From Malacoraja senta (taxonomy: Eukaryota): 64,000 nt of DNA. A program made the position numbers and the translations under genes. Positions 50,054-63,695 of this stretch are shown here, in pieces. Where the stretch lies: NCBI GenBank assembly GCA_038087875.1, contig CM075997.1:868001-932000 (forward strand), in the 5' to 3' direction. The notes beneath the pieces are model-generated. The model saw only the letters and a list, made by a program, of their open reading frames with translations, made no database searches and had not been told where the DNA came from. Each line of letters opens with the position of its first letter. Position 1 is the first letter of the stretch.

Positions 50054-50724
50054 TATCCCTCGAAAGCTGTCCTATCCATTTACCTGTCCAAATGTTTCTT
50101 GAACGTTTCTTAAACCAGCCTCAACTACCTCCTCTGGCAGCTTGTTCCATACATCCACCACCCTTTGTGAAAAGGTTACCCCTCAGATTCTTATTGCATC
50201 TCTTCCCCTTCACCTTAAACCTATGTCATCTGGTCCTCGATTCCCCTACTAGCACCCGAGAGACTCTGTACATCTATGTGCATAGTTTGACCTGCTACGT
50301 ATATGTCCCGCTATTAGCATCGGTTCTTGTTTCCTGTCAGGGGCAGCTTGAAGCCGGGTATCTGAAGGAAAGGTCGAGTTTCCAGAGAAAAGCACCAGTA
50401 CACAATTCACCAATGGAACTTGAGAAACCCGTGCATGGGTGGAGATCAATCCCAAAATGTATTTGTCCAACACAAGCGCGACAAGACTTAACCCCTGACA
50501 CAACTGCAGTCTGAAGAAAACGTCACCCATTCCTTCTCTCCAGAGATGCTGCCTGTCCCCCTCAGTTACACCTGCATTTTGTGTCGGACTTCAAGCACAG
50601 ACTTGTCAGTTTAGAAGTTCTTGGGCTGGGGTTGAGTGGAGACTGGTGATTATCAGACCAGGCTTTCAAGTTTCATACCCAAGCAGATCCTAATCCAAGC
50701 CACAACCTTATCCCAACTAACTAA

Positions 50725-51054
50725 TGGCCCTGTCCCACGGTACGAGTTCATTCCAAGTGCTCTCCGAGTTTGCCCTGATTCGAACTCGGAGATTTACGGT
50801 AATGGCCGCTCGTCGGTATTCGGGGCTCTCGTGGACATTTTTCAACATGTTGAAAAATCTTCACGAGTCTTCCCGAGCTTACCTGCCGTTAGCGAGTCTT
50901 CCCGAGTACCTGCCGTCAGTGTTTCGAGCCCCTAAGAGACGTCCCCGAGCTCCGACGTACCCGTCACGTTCATTCTCCGTGCTTACCACGAGTTTGATTT
51001 TTTTTTTTACTCGGGAGAGCTCTTGGAATGAACTCGTACCGTGGGACAGGGCCA
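50725..51054. mobile_element. PIF/Harbinger-type MITE (family A)
   Basis: TIRs TGGCCCTGTCCCACGGTACGAGTTCATTCCAAG...; perfect TAA TSD at 50722-50724 and 51055-51057. Confidence 0.9.
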
Positions 51055-53493
51055 TAAGCATGGTCTCTCTTATCCATTATTACAGATTGAAATCACTATC
51101 TAAACAGTGGGAAGGGGGTTGCAAGAATGTGAATCAATGTGTTTCTATTCTAGTCCACCACTTCCCAGCTGTTTTTAATACTTTCAATCACTATTTTCCT
51201 TGCCGTTCTCCTTATGTTGTTCTCATGGAGGTGAAAATATGTTCAGAGGCACACAGCCACACAAATCTTAGCATTTTGCCTCAAGCACAATAGCTAGCAT
51301 GGCGGTGTAGAGGGAATGGGCTATTGATTCTCCTTCCACAGTACATCAATCTATCCCAGATTGTAAATCGCCAAAAACTTGTACTGGATGGAGAGCGTTT
51401 CGTCCTTCTGCTCTGGCAGGAAATGATTACAGAGAACAAAGTTCTTTCACACACACAGTACACAATGGAAACAGATGACCACCCCCCAAGCAAAATCTGC
51501 GCAAGTATAGATCAACAAAAATAATCGGTATCATAAAGGGACCAGCCCGGCCCACAAAACATGCAAAGCCCTGGTCAAATTCTATCTGCCAAAGAGAAAA
51601 CAGAGACAGCGCCAACCTTTAGCTCAAAACATTAAATATTACATTTCAAGCTTCCTTTAGTGTTACCACAGCAACATTTTCCATGAAATTCCTAACAGGG
51701 AAACAGGTCAGTTGGAGGATATTTTGACAAGACCACAACCATTCCTTTTCACTAGACCAGCTTCAAGCACCATTCTAATCTTCGTTATTCAATGCTTGTC
51801 AAAGCCATCACAATCCAATGATAGATTAGGTATGAAGATAAGACACAAAATGCTGGAGTAACTCAACGGGACAGGCAGCATCTCTGCAGAGAAGGAATTG
51901 GTGACATTTCGGCTCGAGACCCTTCTTCAGACGTCAAAGTCCATGGTCTCAAACCCAGAGCATTTCAAACCCAGGGCAAGGATGTTAACAACACCTGCAG
52001 TTCATGAGAGCAAAAAAATCCCCTCTTCCTGCCGAACTCTTCATGATTCACCAAAAGGGAATCCAGCACATCCTTCAATTTAGCTAAACAAAATCAGATG
52101 TGTGATATTGCAATTGCTTTTAATACCAAATCTTTTCTTCTTCCAGATTCTAACTTGTTCTCCTGATGATAAGACACTAAATGCTGGAATAACTCAGCGG
52201 GTTAGGCAGCATCTCTGGAGAAAAGGAATAAGCGACGTCTTGGGTCGAAACCCTTCCTGAGACTGATGTATGTGTTCACAATAGGGAAAAGATGCCTTTA
52301 TCCAAACCACAATGTTCTTAATCCAAAAGTAGTAAAATTTAAATGGAATTGTAGGAGCCATTAAGCTTAAGTCAGTACATTATAGCCATGTCTAATATTT
52401 TTAGTTTTTTTATCTGACATTCCTTTTGTAGGTGGGATTTGATATGTAGAGGAGTGTGTCTACTTCGGGGGAGACTAGCGCATAGATGTTCGTTTTAGTC
52501 GGCCTCGAGGGATGTGAAGGCTAACAGTTTTTACCACAATCTCACAAGACGCCACACTCTTATATGATTTATAAGCCACGAATGGAACAGTTATTGAGAA
52601 CGGAAAGTTATGAATTATTTCTTTGTCATGTATTACTTCAATAAAGACCAATTAATCAAGAAGCAACATCTGGAGGATCCGTTTTTGCTATCAGAAGAGT
52701 ACGCCGTGTGCGTAAATTATAACTCCATCACATTCCCGAGAAGTAATGGCTATCGAAGTTGGACCTTGAGAAGGTATAGAAACTGCCATTAATTGAATGT
52801 TCAGGGCAGTAATTGGGATGGCAATCAAATCAATTACGACAATGGAGTACAAATTACTGATGACGACAAACTCATTTGCAGCATTTGTACCAACAAAAGG
52901 AAGTTGGCCATGTATTTATCCCAGGTGACCAACTCAATATTCAGGTTGGAGGGCCACATTAAGTGACTGTTCACACGATAGCAATACTTATTTATGACAT
53001 CTGACATATTCAACATATTCAATAAAACACTGTAAAAAATTTCACACCTAGGGTAAAACGCTACAACGATCAAGTGGTTCATTCGTTCAGGCTTTATGCT
53101 GTCAACGCAAATTGTGAGAGTGCCGCACATTGTTCACATTCACATCTGACAACTTGATAGCCAGCAGCTTTGGGACTGCAATTCCTTGACAGAAGCCAAT
53201 TTCAAAGAGGTGGGAGATGAGAAAGGTTCCTTATATAATATAGCAATAATGTCTTGGAGCACTGTGTAACAATTTCTCAGTGTTACTCAATGTTCTGACA
53301 GGCCTGACACAGAACCCTCTTTCACAACACAACCTAACTTTGGACGGCCAACACCAATCTTGATTGTTTTCTTATAAAGAAAATGTTTGGATACACAATG
53401 CAGGTAACTGAGAAAGGAGAAGTTTTCCCCACAAGACCCTGGTAATGCCACTAGCCATACAATGCCCACCAGTACATTTCCTCAATAGCTACA

Positions 53494-53762
53494 GTTTAGT
53501 TTAGAGATACAGCACAGAAACTTGCCCTTTGCCCCACTGAGTCCGTGCCATCCAGCGATCCCCGAAGGACAATTTAAAATTTGCACCAAAGCCAATTAAC
53601 CTACAAACTTGTACATCTTTGGAGTGTGGGAGGAAACTGAAGCACCTGAAATAACCCAAGCAATCACGTGGAGAACGCACAAACTCGGCACAGACAGCAC
53701 CCATTGTCAGGATTGAATCCGGGTCTCTGGCACTGTAAAGCAACAACTCTACCACTGTGCCT
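53494..53762 (-). mobile_element. HE1-type SINE
   Basis: Reverse-complement HE1. Confidence 0.82.
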
Positions 53763-54223
53763 CGGCTATCATTAGTCAGACTTACCTGAAAATCACAAGG
53801 TATGAATTTTAACATCACCGACTCCATTATTTAAAAAAGAACAACAGAAACAACCAGAGAGCCTTCTTTAAATACCTGCACCATGATGTTTCTAAAGAAC
53901 ACTGCAGCTAAATGCATCACTTTTCATAGACTAAAACATGACCCATAATAGTTGATTAAACTGAAGTGGATATCTCGCACTAAAACACCACTGGGACACC
54001 TGCCAGGCAATTTACTTTGAACGTTTAACAAATGCATGGCTCCCAAAGGTTTGGTAATGGATAAGTGATGCATTATATTTGTTTGATCCATTATTGGCAG
54101 CAATGTTTTCACCAGGTGAGGCCTTAACCTGTGGAATTTTCCACCGCAGTTCCCCCACAAACAAAGCTCCCTTCCTCTTTCTTCCCCTTTACAATTTTCT
54201 TTCAAACGCCCTCAACAGCAGGA

Positions 54224-54940
54224 ATATAGAGAAGGATCTTAGGGTCCAAGTCCATAGCTCCCTGAAAATCACTACACAGGTCGATACAGTGGTAAAGGCA
54301 TCTGGTAGGCTTGTCTTCATTGGTCAGGGCATTGAGTGGAAGAACCAAGGAATCAGGTTCAGCTTGATGGGATTATGGTTAGGTTGCATTTGGAGTACTG
54401 TTTGCAGTTCTACTTACCCCATTAAAGGAAGGATGTGGAAGCTTTGGAGCAGTGCAAAAGAGGACAACTAGAATGCTGCCTGGATTAGAGGGTATTTGCT
54501 TTAAGGAGGTGTTGGATAAACTTTGATTATCTTCTTTGGAACATTGGAGGTTGACGGGAGACTTGATAGAAGTATAAAACTCCGAGAGGCATAGACAGGT
54601 TAGACATTCAGATCCTCTCCCCCCCCCATGATAGAAATGTCAAAGACTGGAGGGCGTAGTTTAAAGGTGAAAGGGGCCAAGCTTAAAGGAGAAGTGCGGA
54701 GCAAGTTTCTTTTTTTACACAGAGGTTTGAGGATGTCTGGAACGCGCTGCCAGGGGTGGTAGTTGATGCAGTTACGATAGGAGCATTTAAGAGGCTTTTA
54801 GATGGACATACCGACATGCATGGAATGGAGGGATATGGATCAAACATCGAGGGACAAAAGTTTAACTAGGCATCATGTTCGGCATGGATATTGTGGGCCG
54901 AAGGGCCTGTCCCTATGCTGTACTGTTTACTGTTCTATGT
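54224..54940 (+). mobile_element. Decayed CR1-clade LINE 3' fragment
   Basis: EKDLRVQVHSSLK...HLEYC... remnant; 3' end GGGCCGAAGGGCCTGT shared with the HE1 SINE tail. Confidence 0.8.
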
Positions 54941-57489
54941 TCATCACTGACTAAACATTTAGTCATCTACCATAATTCCGCCCAAGGTGACACAGTTTAC
55001 TTGCTAACTAAGGGGAGACATCTTGGGATTAATTCAGAAAAAAACAATGAAACACAAGTTTTTGTACTCTTAAACCATTCCTCAGAAAATCATATATTGA
55101 GATTCTATAATTTAAATTTTCACTTTAAAACCACAGGTTTTGTAGTCACTAATCTCACAAATCCCTTTCTAGAAAAGTGTTACACGATTCCAAACCCCCG
55201 AAGCTAATATAACCTCTGCAGAAATATTATTTTTCTTTCCAAAGTGTGCTCGACGCTTTCCCACACAATGAGCCAAGATTAAGGATATAATTTAGCAAGT
55301 AATGTGGATGTGACACTCACTGGTATGTAGCTTAATGCTTTTTTGTTCGTTAATAACATTTTCAGTGTTATGAGTTTCTAGAAATGGAGCTCAGGTACCT
55401 CGTACACAAGTTCATCTCCCATGGAATCGAGTTTCCATTACAGCTGTGTAGTTGCCTTCAGGCTGTGAAACCTAAACCTACATGGAGGAACTATTTGAAT
55501 TTTTCAGTTTTAACCTATATAAAGAAAAACAAAAAAAATAAAATTGGAAGGTCCACCGGTAAATCCCTGTGCTGGCAATAAATGTCAACCGTGCAGAATT
55601 TACACCTTCACTCATTCTGCTTTAAGACTGACCTTCAAGAAATGCACAAAAGGACACAAAGCGCTGGAGTAACTCAGCAGGCCAGGCAGCATCTCTGGAG
55701 AACATGGATGGGTTTGAATCAAGAACCTTCATCAGACGTCAAGATACACATTTAATCTAATGGCCAATTCCACTTGTTTGCGCTAAACACTAGGTATGAC
55801 ACGATAGATAGAAGATTAAGGTGGCAATATGATTTTGAATTCACACATGTTGATATTATTACTCTATATAATTTAATTGCACAATGCACAGTAATAACTG
55901 GTGCATTGATGGACATCAAGATTTTTAAATTGCAAAAATAGCAATTTTGTTGAACACTAAGAAAATCCCCAAACTCTCCCGAGCAGCACAATAAATTAAA
56001 ATCAAAGCTCAAAACCCACACAACAGTATTTTCCTGTACATGCACTCGACAGGTCATTTTACATTATATACATAACCAGTCAAATACGATTGTGGCATTT
56101 AAGAGACATCTGGAAAGGCACATGATATGCAGCTAATGGAGGGATATGCATCACGTGCAGGTGGAGGAGATCAGTTTAACTTGGCATAATGCTTGGTATG
56201 GACATTGTGGGCCGAAGGGCCTATTCCTGTACTGCACTGCTCCGTGTTCTATGACAAAGAGGTGCTAATGTCATGGCCAGGTAATATTCTAAAATTTGAC
56301 AAGTTTCGTGGCAGCATGAATATATTTGGACTGTTCTTTGGATCCAAGACACGTGGAACTGCAGATGCAACAAGTCAATAAAATGACAAACTGCTGGAGT
56401 AAGCAAAATGTGAAAAACAGGCAGCATCTCTGGAAGGCATGGATAGGTGATGTTTCAGGTTGAGAAACTTGAGACTGATTGTAGGAGGAGGAAAAAAAGG
56501 TGGAATCAGAGCAAGTGATAGGTGGATGCACGCAAGGCGATTTTAATCGGCAAAGGCTAGAGATGAAAAGTAACAAAAAGCTATGGTAAGGGGAGATGAG
56601 GAATGAAATATTAAGCCAAAAGACGGGATATAGGTCCTCCAATTTCCCCCTCCACCTTTCCAGCTCTCCCTCCTCGCCCCCCCCCACCATAATTAGTCTG
56701 AAGAATGATCCCAACCCACAGATGGCGCCTGACCCGCTGACTTACTCCCGCAACTCGCATTCCTTTCTTCTTTGTATCTCAGGATGGAAATCCAACATTG
56801 AATTAACTAACAGAATTACTGCACAAAATCTCAACCTGCATCAAATATGTTTTACCCAACACCTCTGCATCTTAATTATCGAGTGAGATTTGGCAGTTTC
56901 TTGCCTCTCCCCATCTCCAGATTTCCCACACAATCCTCTGATGATCACAGATATAATTTTACTTTGAAATTGAAGTCAGTGGGGAAGAGTCGAGACCTTA
57001 GAGAAAACACCACAACATTGAAAACGGTGCAATCTGAAGATGAGTCACAAATCAGTGGATGGATGATGCGTGGAATACTGAGGCCAGGCACAAAACACAT
57101 TGTTGAAGTCTGTTTGGCAGGGGCACATTTGAGTACAAGTCTTCCCAAAACTTGGTTTGAACACACAGTAAGATCAAAATAAGCTCTCTGGTGAAAAGCG
57201 ACCTGCAGAGAGCAATACATATTCCACAAAATGGTGTTACCACAGCCATTTAAAAGGAGAAATTACACTTCTCCTAACATCCTGGAGAACACTCTGATAA
57301 ACTTTCCATCAGAAGATGAGTAATTGACATAGGAGTCATGCGCAGGTCAGAATTCGGTCTCTATGGAAAATTATAATACCATAAGATATAGGAGCAGAAT
57401 CAGGCCATTTGACCCATTGAGTCTGCTCCGCCATTCAATCATGGCCGATCCATCTTTCCCTCTCAACCCCATTCTCTTGCAAAGCCTTT

Positions 57490-57625
57490 GGTTCAAATCC
57501 CACTTAAAGACCTGAGCAGCAAAAAAAGGCTAAGCTGACCTCCCTCTCCACCGCTGCCCCCCCCCCCCCCCCCCCCCACCCACATTGCCAGTGGTCCCGT
57601 TTTTTGGATGAAACGTTAAAATATA
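57490..57625 (+). mobile_element. Ancient Deu-domain SINE relic (SacSINE1/AmnSINE1-like)
   Basis: B box GGTTCAAATCCCAC followed by ...GTCCCGTTTTTTGGATGAAACGTTAAA, resembling the Deu core GCCGTCTTTCGGATGAGACGTTAAACC. Confidence 0.5.
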
Positions 57626-59504
57626 ATTTTGAATCCCTGTGTTGCACAGCATTATTTTGGAAAGATGGGATGAGTTGGGACATCAACCCCAATGTTCCGA
57701 TCAAAGACCATCACTAAAATTTGATGATCAAGTAACTATCTGCCATGTACGTCAGCTTGCTGCAGCAGGCAAAATGATTGCTATGATTACAATATTAACA
57801 GAAACTTTCCAGAAGTGGTTCTAAATGGTCTGAGCGTATCAGAGAGGCTACACAAATGGATATGTTCTATTAGAGTCACAGAGGTGAACCACCACTTTAG
57901 CCCACCTTGCCCATGCTAAGCAAGTTGGCACACTGGGCATGTCACATGTGCCTGCATTTGGTCAAGGGCATCTAAACCCTTCCTATTTATATATCTGTCA
58001 GAAATATTTGTATTAATTGTGAACAAATCTATAACTTCACCTGCTCATTGTAGATAAAGGAACCAATGAGATAAATAGATTCTTGATTCGTACAGGTGTC
58101 AGGGGTTCGTGGGAGAAGGCAGGAGAAAGGGGTGAGGTGGTCGAGATAGATCAGCCTCGATTGAATGGCAGAGTACACTTGATGGGCTGAATGGCCTAAT
58201 TCTGTTCCTATTACTTATGACCTTACGGCACTAATATCAGCTTTAGCAAATGATAAAATGATAAGTCTGGAACCTACTCTCCTGATTTACCCTGCTAACT
58301 AAAACTACTGCAGGAGATGGTGTGGCAGAAATCACTTACAATTACTCGAACTGGGGCTATAATTGGGTTGTGAAGGGTTTCGTGCGAACATTAGATCTCC
58401 ATGAAATCAAAACTAAACTTCAGTATGTGTAACATATTCTCTTGTGTCTGGGTGGTCACGTTACTTCAAATAGCTCCTTGTAAGCCACCTGCAACAGATT
58501 TCAGTCGGTAGTCACTGGTGTCCTGAGTTGGTAAGCCATTAGTATTAACCCCTCTGCAGCAACACACATCTGGGATTTTAGTCTGCCTTTATTCCACAGG
58601 ATTAAAAAAAGTTAAAAGCCCTCACAGGTTCTGGAAAATTTCTGTAACAAAAATTGAAGAAACGTTGAAAAAAAAGTCAAAAATACTGAAAATCTCACCC
58701 CTAAAGGATGGGCATTTTAATACCACCCCTTCCAACACAACTCGTCCAATTTCTTTCCTACAACTCCCTCAAATCCTGCGATCCAGTTGAGGAAGAATTT
58801 CCGCCCTGTCACCCACTTCACAGGGTAGCTAGAATCTGTAAGACTCTGCCAGAGGGGGTGGGTGAGGCCGAGACTGGTGCAACATGTAAGAATCTAGTTA
58901 AGCGTAAAGGCTAAGGGGCAAGTGTTGGAATTTGGGATTGGTGTAGATGGGTGCCCGATGGTCAGCATGCACATAGTGGGCCGAAGGGCCTGTTCCTGTG
59001 CTCTATGCCTTTATAAATCAAATTAATGCTCGTGGCTGGTCACCATTTTTTCATTTTTTTAATTTCAAAATTTAAATATAAACTAAATAAGTATAAGAAC
59101 ACCAAGATATATTAGATGCACAGATCATAAAAACATTCAAAACCCAACTTTCCATGACAAACATGGATGAAAATGTCAAAAATGTACTTCACTTCATCAT
59201 GGTCAAAACCTCACAGAACAAGTCGTCCACATTGGTAATCTTTAAAAAAAGACCAACAGAAGACAGCTAAATGAGGCAGCTGGAGGAAACTAGTGTCATC
59301 CTTAGGTTACATAGACAAGAATTCCAATTCATGAATGGTGGAACAGACACCTCCATATTCTGCTTGCTGATCAGATCGCCACTTCAGTAACAAATGTTCA
59401 GCTGATGTAGATTCTAATCACTATGTGTGAGTCTGATCATTTCAACAGCTGACAAGTAGATACAGCTCTGGATGGCTCATTTTCAGCCTGGACACCAATA
59501 GGGT

Positions 59505-60185
59505 GATATTCATACCCAGCAGTATGAATATTGATTCTCTACATCAAGTAACCCTTGCATCCCTTCTCTCTCCATCCCCTCCCCCAACCAAATACTATTA
59601 GCTTCAAAGGCACACAAAAATGCTGGAGAAACTCAGCGGGTGCAGCAGCATCTAAGGAGCGATGGAAATAGGCAACGTTTCGGGCCGAAACCCTTCCGGG
59701 TTTCGGCCCGAAACGTTGCCTATTTCCTACAGAGTTTCGGCCCGAAACTTTGCCTATTTCCTACAGGGTTTCGGCCCGAAACGTTGCCTATTTCCCACAG
59801 GGTTTCGGCCCGAAACGTTGCCTATCTCCTTCGCTCCATAGATGCTGCTGCACCCGCTGAGTTTCTCCAGCATTTTTGTGTACCTTCGATTTTCCAGCAT
59901 CTGCAGTTCCTTCTTTAACACTATTAGCTTCAAAGTCATCTTGTTGAGTCTCATTGTCTGTGACTCGTTTTCACCGAGCCCCGAGCAAACATCGGCCTGT
60001 TTCTTTTATCATCATTACGTTTTTGCATACCTTTCATCCATTTGTTTTATATCTCTCTATATCACCATCTATAACTCTTGTTTCCCTTTCCCCTGACTCT
60101 GTCTGAAGAAAGCTCTCAACCCGAAATATCACCTATTCCTTTTCTCCAGAGAAGCTATCTGACCTGCTGAGTTACTCCAGCTTTG
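59505..60185 (+). mobile_element. Older Penelope-like 3' fragment of a second subfamily, interrupted by a younger fold-back insertion (59610-59919)
   Basis: CCCAGCAGTATGAATATTGATTCTCT matches the ORF end. Its UTR resembles the reverse complement of 8570-8830 and 14401-14500, and it ends in a TCTGAAGAAAGCTCTCAACCCGAAA arm. Confidence 0.65.
59610..59919. mobile_element. Penelope-derived fold-back element with 4 x 34-bp internal tandem array
   Basis: 16-bp TSD ACTATTAGCTTCAAAG at 59594-59609 and 59920-59935; array units start at 59698, 59732, 59766 and 59800. Confidence 0.88.
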
Positions 60186-61062
60186 TGTCACAATAGGGTA
60201 AAGATCTCTTCTGCATTAAAATAAGGAATCTACCACTAACCAAAAATGAAAAATAAAGTGTTCTCCATATCGACTGGACTCTAAAAATAATTATAAAGTA
60301 GGTTATTCCCTTTCAAATGAAACAAAAGATTACATTGTGGTCACATTACTGAATCAGATAACAGGAGCTTCTGCAAAGCAGGATAGTACCAATCTGTGTC
60401 ACCAGATGTTACAACATCCAGTAATATATGCCTCTCTTTCAGTGCATCACATTTTAGCTTCAACTTGCTAATATATTTCAACTCTTTGCCATAAATGGCA
60501 CATATACTCCAAAATTTGTGCCCCATGTTCAAAGAAACACAAACAACAAAAACTCAGTGATTGTGAATCAATTGTATCAGTGTTCCAACTGGCTCCCATC
60601 CAGCCTTTCAGTCCATTGATGATGCCCTTGTTTAACACAGTCATGTCTCACACTGTAGTTCCCACGGCACATTTTAAAAAAAAAGTTAAAGTAATTTTAT
60701 ACTTTGAAATACAGCAAAAAAATGAAGGGCGTGTTGTAGAGTACACAAAGATCACCTTGTGTCGTCCAAGCCTGAACAGGGACAGCGTCGTATCAGGCTT
60801 GCATGTTACTGCTTGCAAATGGTTGACATTTAGAAGAAAATATCTGAAGGAATAGAACAGGGTTATAGCTCTTAATCAGTTGCTCCATGTTTAATAAAGA
60901 ACTGCAGATGCGGGAAAAATCGTAGGTAGACAAAAATGCTGGAGAAACTCAGCGGGTGAGGCAGCATCTATGGAGAGAGGGAATAGGCGACTTTTCGGGT
61001 TGAGGCCCTTGCAATAATATGCAAACTTTTACCATACCCATAAATATCCCCCCTACAGGATT

Positions 61063-61288
61063 CATAGAAACATAGAAAATAGGTGCAGGAGGAGGCCATT
61101 CGGCTCTTTGAGCCAGCACCGCCATTCATTGTGATCATGGCTGATCGTCCCCAGTCATTAACCCGTGCCTGCCTTCTCCTCATATCCCTTGATTCTACTA
61201 GCCCCTAGAGCTCTATCTAGCTCTCTCTTAAATCCATCCAGTGAATTGGCCTCCACTGCCCTCTGTGGAAGGGAATTCCACAGATTCC
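61063..61288 (-). mobile_element. CR1-clade LINE 3' fragment
   Basis: NLWNSLPQRAVEANSLDGFKRELD plus the family tail. Confidence 0.82.
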
Positions 61289-62146
61289 TCGGTTTCAGGA
61301 AGCACATGGCAAAGAGGTGGACAATTGAGTCAGATCCTGCATTGCTACCCACTTCCCTCAGCATGCGGTACTGCATCGTTAATAACAGCGAACGTTCGAA
61401 GCAAAAGTTCAATGAAAAGGACTCTTTAATGCAGCAAAAATGCGCCTGATCTGCTTCTGACTGCCAGGAACAATAAAGCATGCAAGACACGATCAATTAT
61501 CATGCCTCAACAATTATGTAACAATTTAGTTTCTAGTTTAAAAAAACAACAAAAGTAACACTAGCACACGTACAGTCACAAGCTCTCAACGGGTGAGTCA
61601 ACGTAAAGGTTACCTTGTTCTCTCGATAATTTACCCATACGATTTAAAAAAAAAGCAAGATTATGATCCAAAACTGTATCAGCTGCAAGGATACTGTGCG
61701 AGATAGCATCAGAGCATTGTACTAATTCCTCATTCCAGAAGAATCGTTCACGCAAGTTCAGTATTTACTTCGTGAGACAGTTTCAATGTCACAAAATTAC
61801 AACACTCCCAATAGTCAAATATTTGCGGCTGCACAATGCAATTGTTCACCCAATTCTGGCAGGGCTCCAACAGAAAGATCAATACTCTGCACATTGCCCA
61901 CGCTGCACAGAAACCTCAGAGACTAGTGTGTGCTGCTTTTCTCAAAGAATTTAGTTTGTAGACAGTCCTCTCCAGCCACCCACACTGGTCACTATGAAAA
62001 TATTAAGGAAACTGCGCTTCAAGGCAAGAATTCTAAACTGGAGCTCACATTAAAAGCTACTCATCCTTTTATTTAAAAAAAAGCTGAATCCCCAGTTAGA
62101 TTACATGGCAATAACTATGCAAAGAGGGAGAATTCAGCACTTAGAA

Positions 62147-62334
62147 AGTGCCTGTCCCACTTACGTGATTGTTGCAGGGTGACGCCTGTAAGGTCGCGAG
62201 TAGTCGCCCAAAGAGTCGTACCTTTTTCTGGTCGCCGCTGGATTTTCAACATGTTGAATATTTTCGGCCACCTGCTGCGACTATGACGGGTGCCGGCAGT
62301 TGCCAAAAAAAATCGTATAAGTGGTTCAGGCCCT
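62147..62334. mobile_element. PIF/Harbinger-type MITE (family C/D)
   Basis: AGTGCCTGTCCCACTTA ... TAAGTGGTTCAGGCCCT, followed by TTA; internal sequence shared with 10234-10379. Confidence 0.72.
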
Positions 62335-63695
62335 TTACAATGTACAAGGCAACAAGGGGAGAGGACTGATATCCTTTCCAGCTGCAGATTCACTGCTGCG
62401 ATTCATCCTCTAGTGGGCCAATGAAGTGAAAAAGCATGGAACGGAGTCCGTGAACAGTCACATCAAAATCGGGTAATCTCAGGTACTCACATTAATACTG
62501 ATGCTGAGCTTATTCTGCCCTCATGTTTAATGGGACATTTCCTTTCTCTCTTGTGCCAAGCACTGGCAGAAACTGGAGAGATTAATGACCACCAACAAAC
62601 AAACAGACAAAGCCAGTCTGAAAAATAAATAGATATTTACAAACTCCTTTGAAAGAGCCTGGTTAATATCTGCAGGCGATCAAGAGGCAGGTTTTGAGCC
62701 AGTGCCTGAGCTCCCACCCACAAACCGAAGAACGGCCTCGGAGGAGATGACTGAAGCAGCAGATTTTCAATGAACAGCAAATGGAAGAAAAAGCTTTTAA
62801 ATAAAGGTAATAAACCAGAAAATAGCAGAAACACTCACCAAGTCTGGCAGTATCTGCAGAAAGAGAAACCGAGTTAATGTCGGAGCAAGGGACTGCAGAT
62901 GCTGGTTTACAAAAAAAGACACAAACTGCCGGTGTAACTCACCGGGTCAGGCAGCATCTTTAGAGAACATGGATAAACTCAGCAGGTTCAGCAGCATCCC
63001 AGGAGAATATGGATAGATAATGTTTCAGGTCGGGACCTTTATTCGGACTGTTAATGTGTCAGGTTGAGGGCCTTTCTATTTACATGTAGTTTGGATGGAA
63101 GGAGTTTGACCTAAAACTCAACTCTTTCCAAAGATGCCGTACAAGCACCTGAATGTTTCGTGCAATTCTTTTTTCATTTTAGAAGCTTCCAAGAGATGGC
63201 GTTAGGAAATGTGCTAACTCCAACTGTTGTCCCCAATACCCATTGCCCCTCTTTAACTGTGGGGTTAATAATTAAAATTTACATTTACATTTTAAAATTT
63301 ACATTTTGAAATGAAATGGTATTTTATTCTACCGAGGCAAAATTGAGATCCTCTGCAGGTTGGATATGAAATCAGAGGAGAGTTTTCTTCCATCCAACTA
63401 AACAATACTCTGGCGGACGAGGTGAAGTCTAACACTCAGAGGTTTTTCAAAATGCCCATGGGTAGGCAAAAGGAAAGTGGAGTGCTAGACTTAACCTCTG
63501 CCTCATCATGCAAAGTCCCCTTTCGATATCACCCAAAATAAGAAACAAAGATCTCAGAAAAGACACAATACGCTGGAGTAATTTAGTGGCTGGAGCGCTA
63601 CAGTAACTCAGTGGGTCAGGCAACATCTCTGGAGAACATGGATAGGAGACATTTAGGGTCGGGAACTGGAGGGTCCCGATCAAGTCACCCATCCA

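Noticed and set aside
59698..59830. CRISPR-like array of 34-bp hairpin repeats
   Set aside because: There are no unique spacers and no cas genes, the context is eukaryotic, and the units are part of the Penelope-derived arm.
62830..62870. 15-nt micro-exon (TTTCTGCAG|...|GTGAGT on the minus strand)
   Set aside because: It lies in a decayed copy of the Penelope-derived arm, so the splice-like motifs are probably incidental.
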